From contig NOWV01000002.1 of the NCBI GenBank assembly GCA_003344405.1, positions 1,426,001-1,490,000 of the forward strand: a DNA stretch of 64,000 bases, read 5' to 3'. Below the pieces are notes generated by a model, which saw nothing but the letters and a program-made list of their open reading frames with translations, did not search any database and was not told the DNA's origin. Positions 25,771 to 38,265 of the stretch are shown piece after piece. Source of the DNA: Trichoplax sp. H2 (taxonomy: Eukaryota). Within the stretch, counting starts at the first letter, position 1. Every line of letters starts with the position of its first letter. Made by a program: the position numbers and the translations under genes.

Positions 25771-28700
25771 TTAATTGATCGCCATTTTAGTTGTGTTGGG
25801 CAGCCAAATGGCTGAAATAGCTCCCCAACCCAAGCAAGCTGAAACCAGTAAAATCGGTATAGCACAATCAACATCGATTAGCTGAGCGAAAAGTAAGTTT
25901 CCTAGAACGGACGCTATTCTACCCAGAACTGACTGTAGGCCAAATGCTGTCGATCTAGAGAGGTAATACAATTGGTATTCAGTGTACTTACGAGAGTGAG
26001 ACAGATGTGTACGTATTCCAGAATAAGGGTATAATAGCACGGGGATCACAGTGGTTATCATATGCAATTAAGATACCTTAAATGTGTAGGATATAATTCA
26101 GGGCCTAAGACGTCAAGAGCATTCCATCCACCAATCGATAATCCGCTAAATATGCATGACAATATTACTGTATCCTGCTTTCGATTTACCAACCAGATAA
26201 AAAAAACTGCTACTCCAGAGCTACCCATAGAACAGGCTATATATCCATACAAGAAAGAAAGTGTTATAGCTTCATGTACAGTAACAATAATGATAGGAGT
26301 GAACTTTGTATTCAAGGTAAAGCAATACCTAAGATAATTTTTCTACCGATCCTATCTATTAATAGGACTGTTATGAGATTTCCAGGTAAAGTTGAAATCG
26401 ACGTCAAAAATGATTCAAAGTAAATTTCAGTATTGTTGGCATTGAGCTCACAAGGTGGCTTGACTGTATCTAAGAATTTGTATTATTAGCTTTATATTAG
26501 AATACGGATAAATAAATAATGTAGATACAGATTAATCAGTAACTTACGATTAGTAACCATTCGGTTTGAACAGGTGCTTCCGTCAGCAAATTTTTTGAAC
26601 AATTCTGGAAACCATAAAGACAGACCATAATAGCTATAATGATAGAAAAATAGGTCAGGTATATTAAATTAGAGCGTTGCATGATTCCATATACGAGTCT
26701 TTTACCGAAACCTATATTTTACTGGGATTACTACAGATCAAATGATTTTAATTTACCCGAATGAAAATGTAAACCAAATATTAAACAAAATTAGGGTTCT
26801 TCTTAAGTAAGGTTGATAAAAAAGTTCCTTCGATGCTTGTAAAACCTAATAATATTCACAAAAGGATGTGTGAGGTAGTAATTCAGCAAAGATATTGGAA
26901 GATTCAAGACATTATCAGCATACGTAAGCAACTTTCAAATATTCTTACGGGTACTACAATAGTTTGCCTCTCTGTTGGCGTAAAGATAATATGCATGCAA
27001 ATTATCAATAAACCTTTGCTGCAGATGCTTTACCATCACGAAAAAGTACAGTCATTTTATTTTCTGTGTTTGTAACAGCGTTGTTGTTATTAGTATTCTC
27101 GGTCTCAGGAGTGGACGGATCTTGTAACTATAAAATAAGAATTTAGTATCAGGATTATTTCTAAATTCTTGTGCGTCATGATTACAGGACTGTATAATAC
27201 GTAGATACTATCTTTCCATCTCTTATGGCAACAATGTGACTTACATGTAAGGTTGATCTAAGAGCACCCCTATTAAATCTTTCAACAGTTTGCAAACTCT
27301 TGATCGCTTTACGGCGTTCACCAACCTAAGCATAGAGAGAAGAATTCGAGGTGTACCCTCTAGTATTTACAGAAGTACAGTTTGGACAGAGCTAGATTTT
27401 ATCAAGGAGCGAGAAAGTTATCTCCGTAAAATCATCCTAATTTAGAAGAAATAGTTTCATTATCATTTACCTCAAGGTAAAATCTTGGACTTTCAGGAAG
27501 GAAAAGTAAAGCTAACGCAACTGTGAAACAAGGAAACGTAGCTATACAGAGAAATATCCTCCAACTACCGAAGAAAATCGAACCCAGTGGGCCACCGATA
27601 TCATGAGGAATAATGAGCCATGCTAAACCTGCAGCGATAATAGTACCTAGCATCCAAAAACAGGCCAATATAGTTATCATAGACCCACGATGAGATCTAG
27701 GTTGAAATTCTGTAAAGTAGGAAAAGACGACCGGCATCGAGCCACCAACACTATAAGACAGCATACGTACAAGAGATTATTACCTACATAACTTAGAATT
27801 GAAAATTTCATCAAAGAGCTATGGAGCAGTTACAGCTTTAAAATTCTTTACGATAGAGTAAAGAATACAAGTACTGTACAGTAGTCATTATGTAATAATT
27901 TCTTGTTTAATTTCGATACAGATTAATACTAATTATTTCTCGGTGAATTGAACTGAATGATTCATTGAGCTTCACTAAAGATATATTCTATAACAATATT
28001 TCTAAAGTAACTATAAAGAAAGACTAGATTTATAGTTTTCTAGACTTTGAGAAAATTTTTCTATTATAAAATATATGGTATTTAGCCTTAAAACTTGATT
28101 CTATCATAGTGAAGACTTTAAAGTATGCAGTCGATGATTACTAGCACACTACAATTGACTGGATAGAATTAGAATCTGAGTACTCATATACAAAGACTTA
28201 CTGGAAATAGTCTGATAGATAAATACTGTGCGATATAACAAGCGCTATTACTGAGTAGATATAGAGAAATTACTATCAATAATTAATTAATTATTCTGAT
28301 GGATAAATACTATACTATATGAAATGACGGGGATACTCAGTTATGAGTGTACAATAAAAGGACACCTAACCAAAATGTCATTTTGCAACACTGTATATGT
28401 AACGCAGTAAATAAAACATCCACAGCAAATACTAGACGGTTGAATTTGGGTGTTTTAATTTAACTACTTTCAAGAATTTTCATGGCAATTTGATTGCCGT
28501 GGAATTCGTGCAAAAAGGGGTCTTTGCTTTGTGTATTCGTGGTATTAACACTAAGTACTGTAAGAAGTGGAGTATTAATTATCCTTTACTAAATATGAAT
28601 GCTAGGCATGGGTATAAAATCTCTCTACTGTGATATTATCAAAATCAAACATTGAAAGGTATTTCTTCTGTTCTTAGCGAGTACGATTAGTCAAGTGTTT

Positions 28701-29317
28701 GATTGCAAGTTGCATAGGAAGGAGGGCATGGTAGAGTTTAGTAATGTTACAGAATTAAAGGAGGAGTGTAGTTACCCTAGTCCACTCATAAATCGACAAA
28801 AAGCAAAGAATCCAAAGTTTGGCGAGAAAGCGGAAATTAATCCAAATAAACCATTGACAAAGAGAGCATAGCGTAAGATATTTCGTCTTCCTTGGACATC
28901 GGCTAAGCCGCCCCAAACGTAACCACCAACCATCATGCCAATAAAGATAATAGCTGTTAACCAGCCTTTTTCGATATCGTTGAGTTTTAAGTCGCAAGCA
29001 GAGGGTAGAACAAAGCTAATGGCTTGAATTTCTACAGCATCTGCTGCTACAGCTAAACCGCAAACTAGCAGTAGAATATAATGGAATTTACCATAGCCGA
29101 TGGCTTGCAGAATATCATCATAACTCATGGTTACGCCATTTGTCGTTGTTAAAATGGATTTGGAGTTGACTCTGTCTTCTAAGCCAGAAGCACTATCCTG
29201 CACGATCTTGGATTGTAATAGAGGATCGCTTAACGATCGCTCGGAATGAACATCATCGTTACCATCATCATTAATTGGTGTCCATCTATTTCCAAAGTCT
29301 TGGCTACTAGAAGTCAT
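25771..29317 (-). CDS. SV2: SV2-family (synaptic vesicle glycoprotein 2-like) MFS transporter, 9 exons, 558 aa
   Basis: Exons 28776-29317, 27471-27750, 27245-27325, 27014-27127, 26757-26845, 26548-26633, 26329-26469, 26077-26236 and 25771-25954 join in frame (1677 nt). Motifs: IGYGKFHY, ADAVE, WGGLADVQGRR, YFTEFQPRSHRG, SWRIF, PESPRFY, YYGLSLWFP, DRIGRK and ELYPTHLRSTAFG. Confidence 0.93.
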
Positions 29318-29534
29318 ATTGAACTTTGTGTTTTGGGGACAAAAACACAAATTTTTTTTTTTAATCGATCGATTTCAAATTCAGCTTTGACGTCCAGTAC
29401 AGTACAGTATCGTACAGCACAGTGTACAGTGTACAGTATTTCACCGCAGTACAATATATTACACCGTAACATCAAGTGAGTTGAAAAATGGTTGAATCGA
29501 CCGGATGTCATGTACTGTACTGTACTGTACAGTG

Positions 29535-29786
29535 TAGACCTGTCAGAGGTTTGGTTCCGAACCGATTTATGTCGACATGAACTGTGTGTGGTTCGTCGGT
29601 TCAGCTCTACTTGAGTACAATATGAGTACTGTAGTAAAAGTACTGTACAGTACTGTACTGTACAGTACAGTACAGTATTGTAGTGCTATACCGTGCATTT
29701 GTACAGCATACCAGTAGTACATTACAGTACAGTACAGTACTGTACACAGTACACGATATAAAGTTACTGAACCTCTGATAGGTCTA
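29535..29786. mobile_element. Putative MITE-like element with terminal inverted repeats
   Basis: tagacctgtcagaggtt (29535-29551) and aacctctgataggtcta (29770-29786) form a 17-bp inverted repeat with 1 mismatch. The right end recurs at ~57228-57252 (agttactgaacctctgacaggtcta). No direct target-site duplication is visible. Confidence 0.5.
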
Positions 29787-29813
29787 CACGGTACGGTATA
29801 AAGTTACTGAACC

Positions 29814-29871
29814 TCTGTTAAATGAGCACATTATCGTAAACCGTCAGTAAAGCGACGGGAGTTTGCACTAG
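29814..29871 (+). mobile_element. Helitron-like 3' terminus (copy 1)
   Basis: Hairpin ccgtc-agtaaagc-gacgg (29841-29858), 9 nt, then CTAG (29868-29871) followed by T. A near-identical copy lies at 57269-57326. Confidence 0.6.
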
Positions 29872-31038
29872 TAATAATAAAAAGAGACAACCAGAGCAAA
29901 TTACTCAAGGTTGGACTGATCTGCCTGCGTGGAATTTGAATCAAATTTAAAGTCTATTTCTTAAAAATGTAAAGATATAATTCAAGGCTACACCATAGCT
30001 AAAATTATTTTCTTTCAACCATGACAGTATACTGTAATACCACAGTTTACTGTACGATATCCACATGCAGAAGCATATTATTTTTCTGTTCATTCTACTT
30101 TACTGTACACTGTACACTGTACAGTACTGCACCATTGAAATTGTCCACTCAGTGACCACTGTACAGTACAGTACACTGTGCCCAGTCTATACAAAATCAG
30201 TCTAGCTTCTTGTTGACACACTGTACAGTACAGTTGTCCAGTTCATATCGGATATACTGTACTGTACTGTACTGTGTAATGGTACTAATCAACAGCAGTT
30301 AGCAGGTACTTTTTGAAGGACTACAGTATCATTTTTACTGTATGAAAGAGAAGAAATTGCTCTTCAAAGTCCCTGACAGTACAGTGGATGGTTGTAGTTC
30401 ATTTCTTTTCAACTGAACGACTTCTCTCCAGTCTCTTTCGACAGTACTGTACTGTACGTACACTATTGATGTACTATTTGTTCACTTTCCGAAATTTATT
30501 TTTTTTTTGGATGTTAAAATTTATCGGCTGAAATATCTTAGACATACTGTACTGTACAGTACAACTCATCATATAAAATCCTCGTACTGTAGATCAATGT
30601 TTTCACTAGGCAGGGTTAGAATACAATTCATTCGGTTTTGTTGCGGGCAGGCGGGCAAGTAAACATGGACTGCAAATTATGTCAAAAATGCTAAACTGTA
30701 CAATACAATGTATAGTGTATAGGACAGGGCGAGTTGAACATTGTTTTGAATGAATGTTGTGTATTTGGAACATTATTACTGTACAGTACAGTACGTCATC
30801 TTTCAAAGAATGTACTGTCCATGTCATTTCAGTCATTTGATGACATGACCCAGTCACGGGACTACAGGACAGTACCGTGTATTCATTTTGTACGTGGAAA
30901 ATATGGAAAGAACTGTACAGTACTATAGTACAGTGGATTGAAATTATACCGTCGGTATCCAATACTCCTTTTTTTACATTTAGCGATCGGTCAATAATTA
31001 CCCTCACAGTACTGTACTGTACTGTAGACAACTTGGAT

Positions 31039-31571
31039 TTCAATCAAAAACATTACATCATGAAATTTTTCCAATTTATGTACAGTACAGTACTGTAACA
31101 GCTTTTCAGACGTTTGGAAGAAATACTGTACTGTACTGTACTGTACTGTACAGTATAGACTGTATCACTGAATAGTTAGCACTGTAGACGATACCATTGC
31201 CATCCATACTGTACTGTACACTTGTACTGTACAGTACAGTACAGTACCGTACAGTGTACAGTACAGTAACGATTATTCCATCTTCAACAGTGGACCCTTA
31301 CGCAAATGAGCTTTGCACAACTTCTATTTCAATCAAAAACATGACATCATCAAATTTTTCTAATTTACAGTATGTACAGTACAATACGCCTTTGTAAGGT
31401 TGAAGAAATACTGTACTGTATACAGTACTGTATCACTGAATAGTTAGCACTGTAGACGGTACCATGCCATCCATACCTGTACTGTACAGTGTACTGTACA
31501 CTGAGTGTACAGTACAGTATAACGATTATTCCATCTTCAACAGCGGACCCTTTTAACGCAAATGAGCTTTG
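31039..31571. repeat. Tandem duplication (~289 bp unit) within the pentamer island upstream of CYSTM
   Basis: ttcaatcaaaaacat...gaagaaatactgtactgta...tgtatcactgaatagttagcactgtagacg...cgattattccatcttcaacag...acgcaaatgagctttg starts at ~31039 and ~31328. Pentamer copy number differs between the units. Confidence 0.85.
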
Positions 31572-31577
31572 ACGTCA
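31570..31577. promoter_or_regulatory. Palindromic CRE-type site TGACGTCA ~300 bp upstream of the CYSTM start
   Basis: Exact TGACGTCA in the sequence; function inferred from position only. Confidence 0.3.
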
Positions 31578-31876
31578 TTGTGAGAATGAAGAACTGCCAT
31601 CATACAGTACAGTACAGTACAGTACAGTACAGTACAGTACAGTACTGTACACAGTGTACTGTACTGTAGTGTTCAGAAAAAGCATTTTTCTGAACAACTA
31701 CTGTACGACTACCGTACTGTACTGTACTGTGTGCAATACGGTAAAAAACCGATCCTGGGTAATAATAATACAGTACGCCTGCCACCACGGACTTACTTAT
31801 TACTAAGCTGCGTTTGTCGGTTGCTTAGTGAGAAATCGCCTTTCTTGTCGGAGAAATCTATCCAAAAAGTATCAAA

Positions 31877-32146
31877 ATGAGCGGATATCCACCCCAACCA
31901 CCTTACGGTCAAGCACCACCACCGCCACCAGCGTATGGGCCCGGCCAACAACCTGGATACTATCCTCAATATCAACAAGGTGCTCCTCCTCCACAAAATA
32001 CAACGGTCTACGTTCAGCCGCCTGCTCAACAAACTGTCTATGTTGTCGATGATTATGATGCACGACGCCAACAAGAAGCCGAAGATTGCTGTAATCTTGC
32101 CTGTTGTATGGCTTTGTTATGTTGCTGCTTAGCCATGAATAACTAA
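31877..32146 (+). CDS. CYSTM1: CYSTM-domain (Pro/Gln/Tyr-rich, cysteine-rich tail-anchored) protein, 89 aa, single coding exon
   Basis: MSGYPPQPPYGQAPPPPPAYGPGQQPGYYPQYQQG...TTVYVQ...EDCCNLACCMALLCCCLAMNN. A P/Q/Y/G-rich N-terminus followed by a CCxxxCCxALLCCC module; caaaATG start context. Confidence 0.85.
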   Translation: MSGYPPQPPYGQAPPPPPAYGPGQQPGYYPQYQQGAPPPQNTTVYVQPPAQQTVYVVDDYDARRQQEAEDCCNLACCMALLCCCLAMNN

Positions 32147-33305
32147 TAGACATCTTCCTTACCATATAGCGATAATTTCCATTGAGATAGATCATTGACT
32201 GATTGGTTTGGGAACGTTGATTTGTTAACAATCTTTAGCCCTATTTTGATGAGTAGAAAGCAAAAAATTGTCATAACAGATAATACTGTAAATCGTCTGT
32301 TGTAGTGTCTGTACTAGTAAAGAAATCGATGTTAGTACTGTAATAGTTTGAAATTGACTTTACTGATCCTGTAATCTTGCTTATTTGTTGTACTGTATAA
32401 GTTATTTTACAATGTCAAGATTTCGACTATAGAAACGTAGTGTTCTTACTCAGTCTCTAATACATAAGAGAACACAATTATTCTTCATTATTAAGCATAG
32501 ATCGTAGGTAAGCGTATAGCGTGATTGATTTGCAGTCATAATTGCCTACAGTAGCGTTTGATTTTCTATCCGCTAATGTTACAAATTTAGTGCCTTAACA
32601 TCGTTTATTACTAAAAAAAGTATAGTAAAATTGGCAAAAAGGTGCTGTACCATGCAATTGGTTACTAGAATTTTATTTCGTATGTTAGTTGTAGAAATAC
32701 ATTGTAACTTTCACCAGGAGGAGTTATTTTGAAAACGAGTTGTTTTATTATTTACATATTGAAATACTATTTCTAAACTAAAGTATGGTACCTTGCATTA
32801 TAGCCTGACTTAGGATTGTTACCTCTTGTACATCGCTAGGTTTTCGTTCTATGTTAACGTTGTCTTGTGTAGTATACATATATATATGATATATACGTAT
32901 TCGTATACACGATGCTTGATCAGATTAAAAGCTAATTCCGCTAAAGTAGCAACGCCGCCATTACTGTTGATTTGGTATGTTTTTTTCTAAACTTGATGGT
33001 TTGATCGCATCTTATTACGCTTTTACTGCTTAATTAATCACGATATCTAGCACTACGATACAGTATGACAATGTGTATGTACCATGTGTCGACCAGGCAA
33101 AGTTTTGCTAAAGTTGAGTCTGCGCGTATGGAATAAGTCTTTACGGTGTCGATGGGCGTAGGATATTTTTCATCGACAGTCGCCTTTCAGTAGCTTTCTG
33201 ATATTTTTCTAGTAGTTATTTACTGAGGTTTGCGAGTTGTACTGGTTTTGTTATTGGCGAAGTTTGCAATTTATGTTGCTTGCTGCGATACGTACACTGC
33301 AGTAC

Positions 33306-33835
33306 TCAAACGGCATAACGTAGTCAGTCTCGATATCGTGGAAGAGTAACATTGCCTTGAAATGCAGCCATAGACTACTAAGGGTATATTTGGTAGTTCA
33401 TAGCAGCACAATACACCGAATCGAATGTTATCGCCGACATAATTGATAGAGCGCTTGATAACATTGTTTCGACTACAGTATAGGTAATTGATATTCTCTG
33501 TCATGCTAATAATAAAAGCGTAACAGTTTTACATTTATTATTAATCCAGCTTCAGAAGGAGATTGTGAACTCAGACGGCATAGCGTAGCCAGTCTCGATA
33601 TAGTAAATAAGTAAAATTGCCTAGAAATGTAGTACCATAGACTACTAAGGGAATATTTTGTAGTCCATAGCAGCACAATACACCGAGTCAAACGTTATCG
33701 CCGTCATAGTCGATAGAGTGCTTGATAACATTGTTTTGACTACAGTTTGTTGCAGGTAATTGATATTCTCTCTCATGCTAATAAAACAGCGTAACAGTTT
33801 TAAATTTACTATTAGTCCAGCTTCAGAATGAGATT
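33306..33835. repeat. Tandem duplication, unit ~265 bp
   Basis: ctca(a/g)acggcata(a/g)cgtag(t/c)cagtctcgata...ccatagactactaaggg...catagcagcacaatacaccga...tccagcttcagaa at ~33306 and ~33570. Confidence 0.88.
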
Positions 33836-34013
33836 TCCTTTGAATACGATTTTCGACATGTATACTTGTATAAGCTCTTCTGGAAGTAACAAAGTCATAA
33901 TTTTGATCGATGGTGCAACGATTAACAATATTGACCTGTCCTCTTGAAATACAGTTTATCACCATTACTACATTTTAGCTAACTTTTTATGCTTTCACTT
34001 ACTTGAGATCATG

Positions 34014-34757
34014 TTATGAAAGAAATTGACTACACGCTTCAGGGTAATCAGCGAGTTTGTAGACGTTGCAATGATAAAAGAAACGTCTCCGAAAAGCCGA
34101 AGCTGAAAAATCTGAGCAAAATAGTCCCACTTTGAAACATTTCATTACTCTGGCTAGTTCTGCTTACAGATGAAAATCAAAAGATCACGAAAAATATAAA
34201 ACACTCGTTGTAAAAATGAATTCTCTGTATGCTGGTAGTAAAGATCTTAAATGGAATAATGCCTATATTCCCGATATTTTTTAATGTAATTATGCCCATC
34301 CTGTCTTATTTACTTGAAATCGAAAGTTATAAATCAGGGTGTGATATGGACACATTTTCTCGTAGAGAATCTATATGTAGGTAATTGATATGGCACTTGT
34401 ATTAGCAGATCTTAAATTATCTTATTCAGCCCCGATTTCAATGAAATGCTTCTAGCAGCATTGATGCATAATTTCCGTCATGGACTCGCCAGGCCTTAAT
34501 ACGCCGATTGCTTTCATTACACCATAATAAATTAATAAAACTAGAAACTATCCTTTTCAATTGAACTAATAGATAAGATAATAGTTTTAAAATAAACCTT
34601 TATAATATTTCGATAATTTGTCGTTAAATCGCTCAGTGTATCCTAGAAGTTAATGTATGAGTGATCTATCAAATGTTTGTTTGCTCCAATTGATTTTAAT
34701 TAAATCTACATGAGCATTAGCAGTAATTTGTCTTCATTTTGTATCGGTTTACAGTAT
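34014..34757 (-). pseudogene. Putative disabled copy of the 50-aa micro-gene candidate in duplication copy B
   Basis: Homologous splice positions are retained (34753-34757, 34168-34224, 34014-34102), but ATG has become ATA and exon 2 is 57 nt instead of 59 nt (frameshift). Confidence 0.25.
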
Positions 34758-37700
34758 GGTACCGGTATCTTTCCATAGATCAGAGCGAAAGAATGAAATG
34801 GAAATTATATTAGTTTTTACTTAATAAGGCGCCGGCGATCGTACTCAATCGCTTGATATGGTAGTTTATTAAAGATAAAATATTGTTAACCAAAGTTCAT
34901 TATCTTTTAAGTAGATATCATGCGAATAACTTTTCAAGAGGAGGATTATTAAAGCAATTTGCCATGATTCAGGTAGTAGGATATAAATATGACGCTGTTG
35001 AACTACATCGCAGAAGGATATACAAATAAATGCAAACGTCAATCTGATGTTAGCTATGGCTCATAGAGAGTAGGGACTTAATATACAGATAGTAGTAACC
35101 TAAATATGCTAAATGAAACACTGAGAAAACATGATCGTTTCTTAAAACCTCAGTGAAACGTAAATATTCATGACATACTAGTACATAAGGACTATCTCTT
35201 CAGAAATTAAAAACCTTTCAGAATAATATTTCCAAAGACTACTCGAATTTGACGTAGAAAATTATTTAAGTAGAAATGTCTAAGCCACCTAGAAATAATT
35301 AGAGATAGACGTATCAACAGTAGTTAATCAAATGCAAATCATTAGAATAAACTGTAAAATGCATATATCAGTCAGTAACACTCTATTATGTTCGTGGTAA
35401 ACGGTGTATATGAACGTGACCGTATGCGAAGTCGGTCATTTTGCAAACTGCCCGGGCACTTTGCAAAATGACAATACGGACGGACATTTTGCAAACTGCC
35501 CGAAGTAGATCTATTTCATAACTTTGTACAGTTAAATTCTAAATTAGGGCCAAATTTAACAGTTTATGCCATAAATTCTAAAAGAGGTCAGCTTACTCCA
35601 AAATTAATGGCAAAATTACGACGTATACTACGATGTAGTAAAAAACCTTACAATGGAATATGTTTTTCAGCATTTTAAAGCACACGTAATACGTATTATT
35701 AGTATTCTACTGAGTTGATAAGTATAATGCTGTCTTCTTCTCAAAACTGTGGACTACCAGCATTTTTGTTATATTTAGATGTTGCATTTTCGGCTATTTT
35801 ACGATATACCAAAGACCAAAAGAATACCGAAAGAAACGACACTTATATCTACAATTGCCTAGTATTGATAATTAAATAGCATAATATGATACTGCACTTG
35901 CCTAAAATACTGATTTCATAAATTCATGTATTCTTATTCATCCGCTGATATCTGTTTGGTGTCCGTACATTCAAACACATATAAAATACGGGCAGGTAAT
36001 AAATTATCATCGAGCCATAGACTTTTCTAACCGTCGGGTTAGTATTAATTTTAACTATTTAAGAATAACTATTTTATTACCGTATATTGCAGTTATTGCC
36101 TATTAATACCAGTGAAAACATACATATTGTATTACCAAATTAGTTGTCATCGATCAATATTTAATCTTCTATGGCAATAATTTAAAGTCTTATTGACTGT
36201 ACTGTGTGTCATGGTGGACTACTAATATTTAATTTAAACTAGGATAAATTCATATCTTGTCCTATAAATTAATTGCTGATACGAGCACTGAGAAAGAAAG
36301 CATCTATAGCTTACGGTAGCTATTAAGAGCATTGGTGATAATTTCTAGTCGTATGGCATTAATTAAGTGTCATATTGCTTCGTAACTACTTAAGGATAAA
36401 TGCCTGTCCGAGTTTGTTTATGTGTATGTACTAACTGTACTTCGGCAATAATAAATTATATTATAGACACATATTCTCCTCAGATACCTGCATATATATA
36501 TGAAAAGTATTATTTAATTGAAATCTAAAATGTAATGTACTCATAAAGGTAAGATACTATACGCCCGAAAATACTTTGCAGTCGTTACCAAAATTTTATT
36601 ACACATCTTCACTGGAATCGTACCATAGCAACTTGTCATTAGTACAAATTATGCGGTCGTAAATAAACTTTAACTAACTAAGTTTCCGACACAGATAGCT
36701 CTCAAAATCCATGAGGATCGTATCAACATGGTGATATATAAGGTACTCATAGTATTCGGACATACAATATACTTTGCCTTTTATTCTGCTGAGAGAAGTA
36801 TTATATCAATGATTTCCGTGATTTCACTTAGATTTCAGTTTTGTATTCGATTTCTTTTAAATCTACAGAGTGTAGCACCCAATAATGTTTGTAATTACGG
36901 TTAACTATATTAATTTTATCGCTTGATTCGTAATTAATAGCTTTACCTTGCTTTAATTTAAACTATAAGTAAAAGATATCTGCTGTGGAGACTTAAGAGT
37001 AACATGCGAGTATTCTTAGGTATGATAGAAACTTAAGACATTGTAGAGCATTTATAAAACCATTAAAACATCATTCTTAAGTCTTGTGCCTTAGATCTCT
37101 TAAAACAGTACCTTAAGTAGTTCGATCCTAACTTTAGACAGTAAGTATAATATGATCTCAAAAATCCTTTTCATTCGTGAGTGTGTATATTACCGATAGA
37201 CAAATACGTGTCATAGTTAATTATCTATTCAATTCATTATCGAGAGTTTTAAATGTACGGTTGTGTATAACAGCGGCTTTTATTAATGATATAGTATCTA
37301 CAGTAATACCTGATTTATAAAATGCGCTTTAATGCTTTTTATCTATTTCACTGTCATTATCAAATGTCATAAATTGCTAATAAGGTCATTCTAAGCTAGT
37401 GCAATGAATCGTAATGGACTTGACCACATTTAACTTAAATCAATTACAATTATTAGGAATTACGTATCCCAATATCACAGTACGATCATTTTATTCAATT
37501 GGCATCATAAGTATACTCCTATTTAGGTGTTAAATTGATAAATATAAACGATACGATCATATGACTTTAATCCCTAAAACTTGAATTACTTTCGAGATTC
37601 AATAGCATCGTGTAATAAACTTTTTTATTTACACAAGATTTACTAAGGTCATTATAGGTCACCACGGCAATAAAAGAGGAACTTCTGTTATACTATAGTA

Positions 37701-38265
37701 TTGAAATTTTTTACCAACTAGCAAGCAATCGGACGGCTATTTACCATGATCTAAAAGGAATCCAATTTTCTTCGTGAGGAATTCTCATGAAATTAATTTT
37801 TTATTTACGAATGGAGCAACAAAAAATTTTTTAATTTAGCTATCTACTGGTTACTGCATTGTATCACATACTAAATTAAAAGGATATTCTCTCCAAACTA
37901 TTATATAATATTTCATCAGATCTCCCCATTATGTAACCCGTGAAATTCAATCTGCCTAGTAATTTCATCTCAAAAAATAAATGAAGAACCTTTTTACAGG
38001 ACAATCACTAATTAAAAATTATTTTTTACTTAGCACTTATTCGACGGTTATAGTTTTATATTTAATATAATCCAGCTTCAGAAGGAGATTTCCTTTGAAT
38101 ATGATTTTCTACACGTATACTTGTATAAGCTCTTTTGGAAGTAACTAAGCCATAATTTTGATCGATGATACAACCATCATCAATAATTAATGGCCTATCT
38201 TCTTGAAATATAGTTATCACCATTACTACACTTTAGCTAACTATCATATGTTCACGTAGATTAGG

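Larger units (their letters stand above)
29395..31735. repeat. Large (CAGTA)n/(TACTG)n pentamer island between the divergent SV2-like and CYSTM genes
   Basis: Dozens of short runs in both orientations, joined by palindromic TGTACA and CAGTACTG junctions. The longest run is about (tacag)x8 at ~31603-31645. Confidence 0.92.

Noticed and set aside
26062..28997. ORFs 26062-26337(+), 26833-27075(+) and 28755-28997(-)
   Set aside because: Antisense or off-frame shadows of SV2-like exons and introns.
29246..31788. ORFs rich in STVQY/TVLYC (29246, 29314, 30606, 30734, 30877, 31197, 31600)
   Set aside because: Products of stop-free pentamer repeats; no protein features.
31793..32231. Overlapping alternative-frame and antisense ORFs over CYSTM
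   Set aside because: Shadow ORFs of a GC-richer coding exon.
33271..33965. Minus-strand ORFs 33271-33504, 33506-33691 and 33645-33965
   Set aside because: They lie within a tandem duplication, their frames are not conserved between units, and they show no homology cues.
34020..34135. Plus-strand frame RVCRRCNDKRNVSEKPKLKNL with some synonymous A/B differences
   Set aside because: Copy B has an in-frame stop just upstream, and there is no good start or acceptor.
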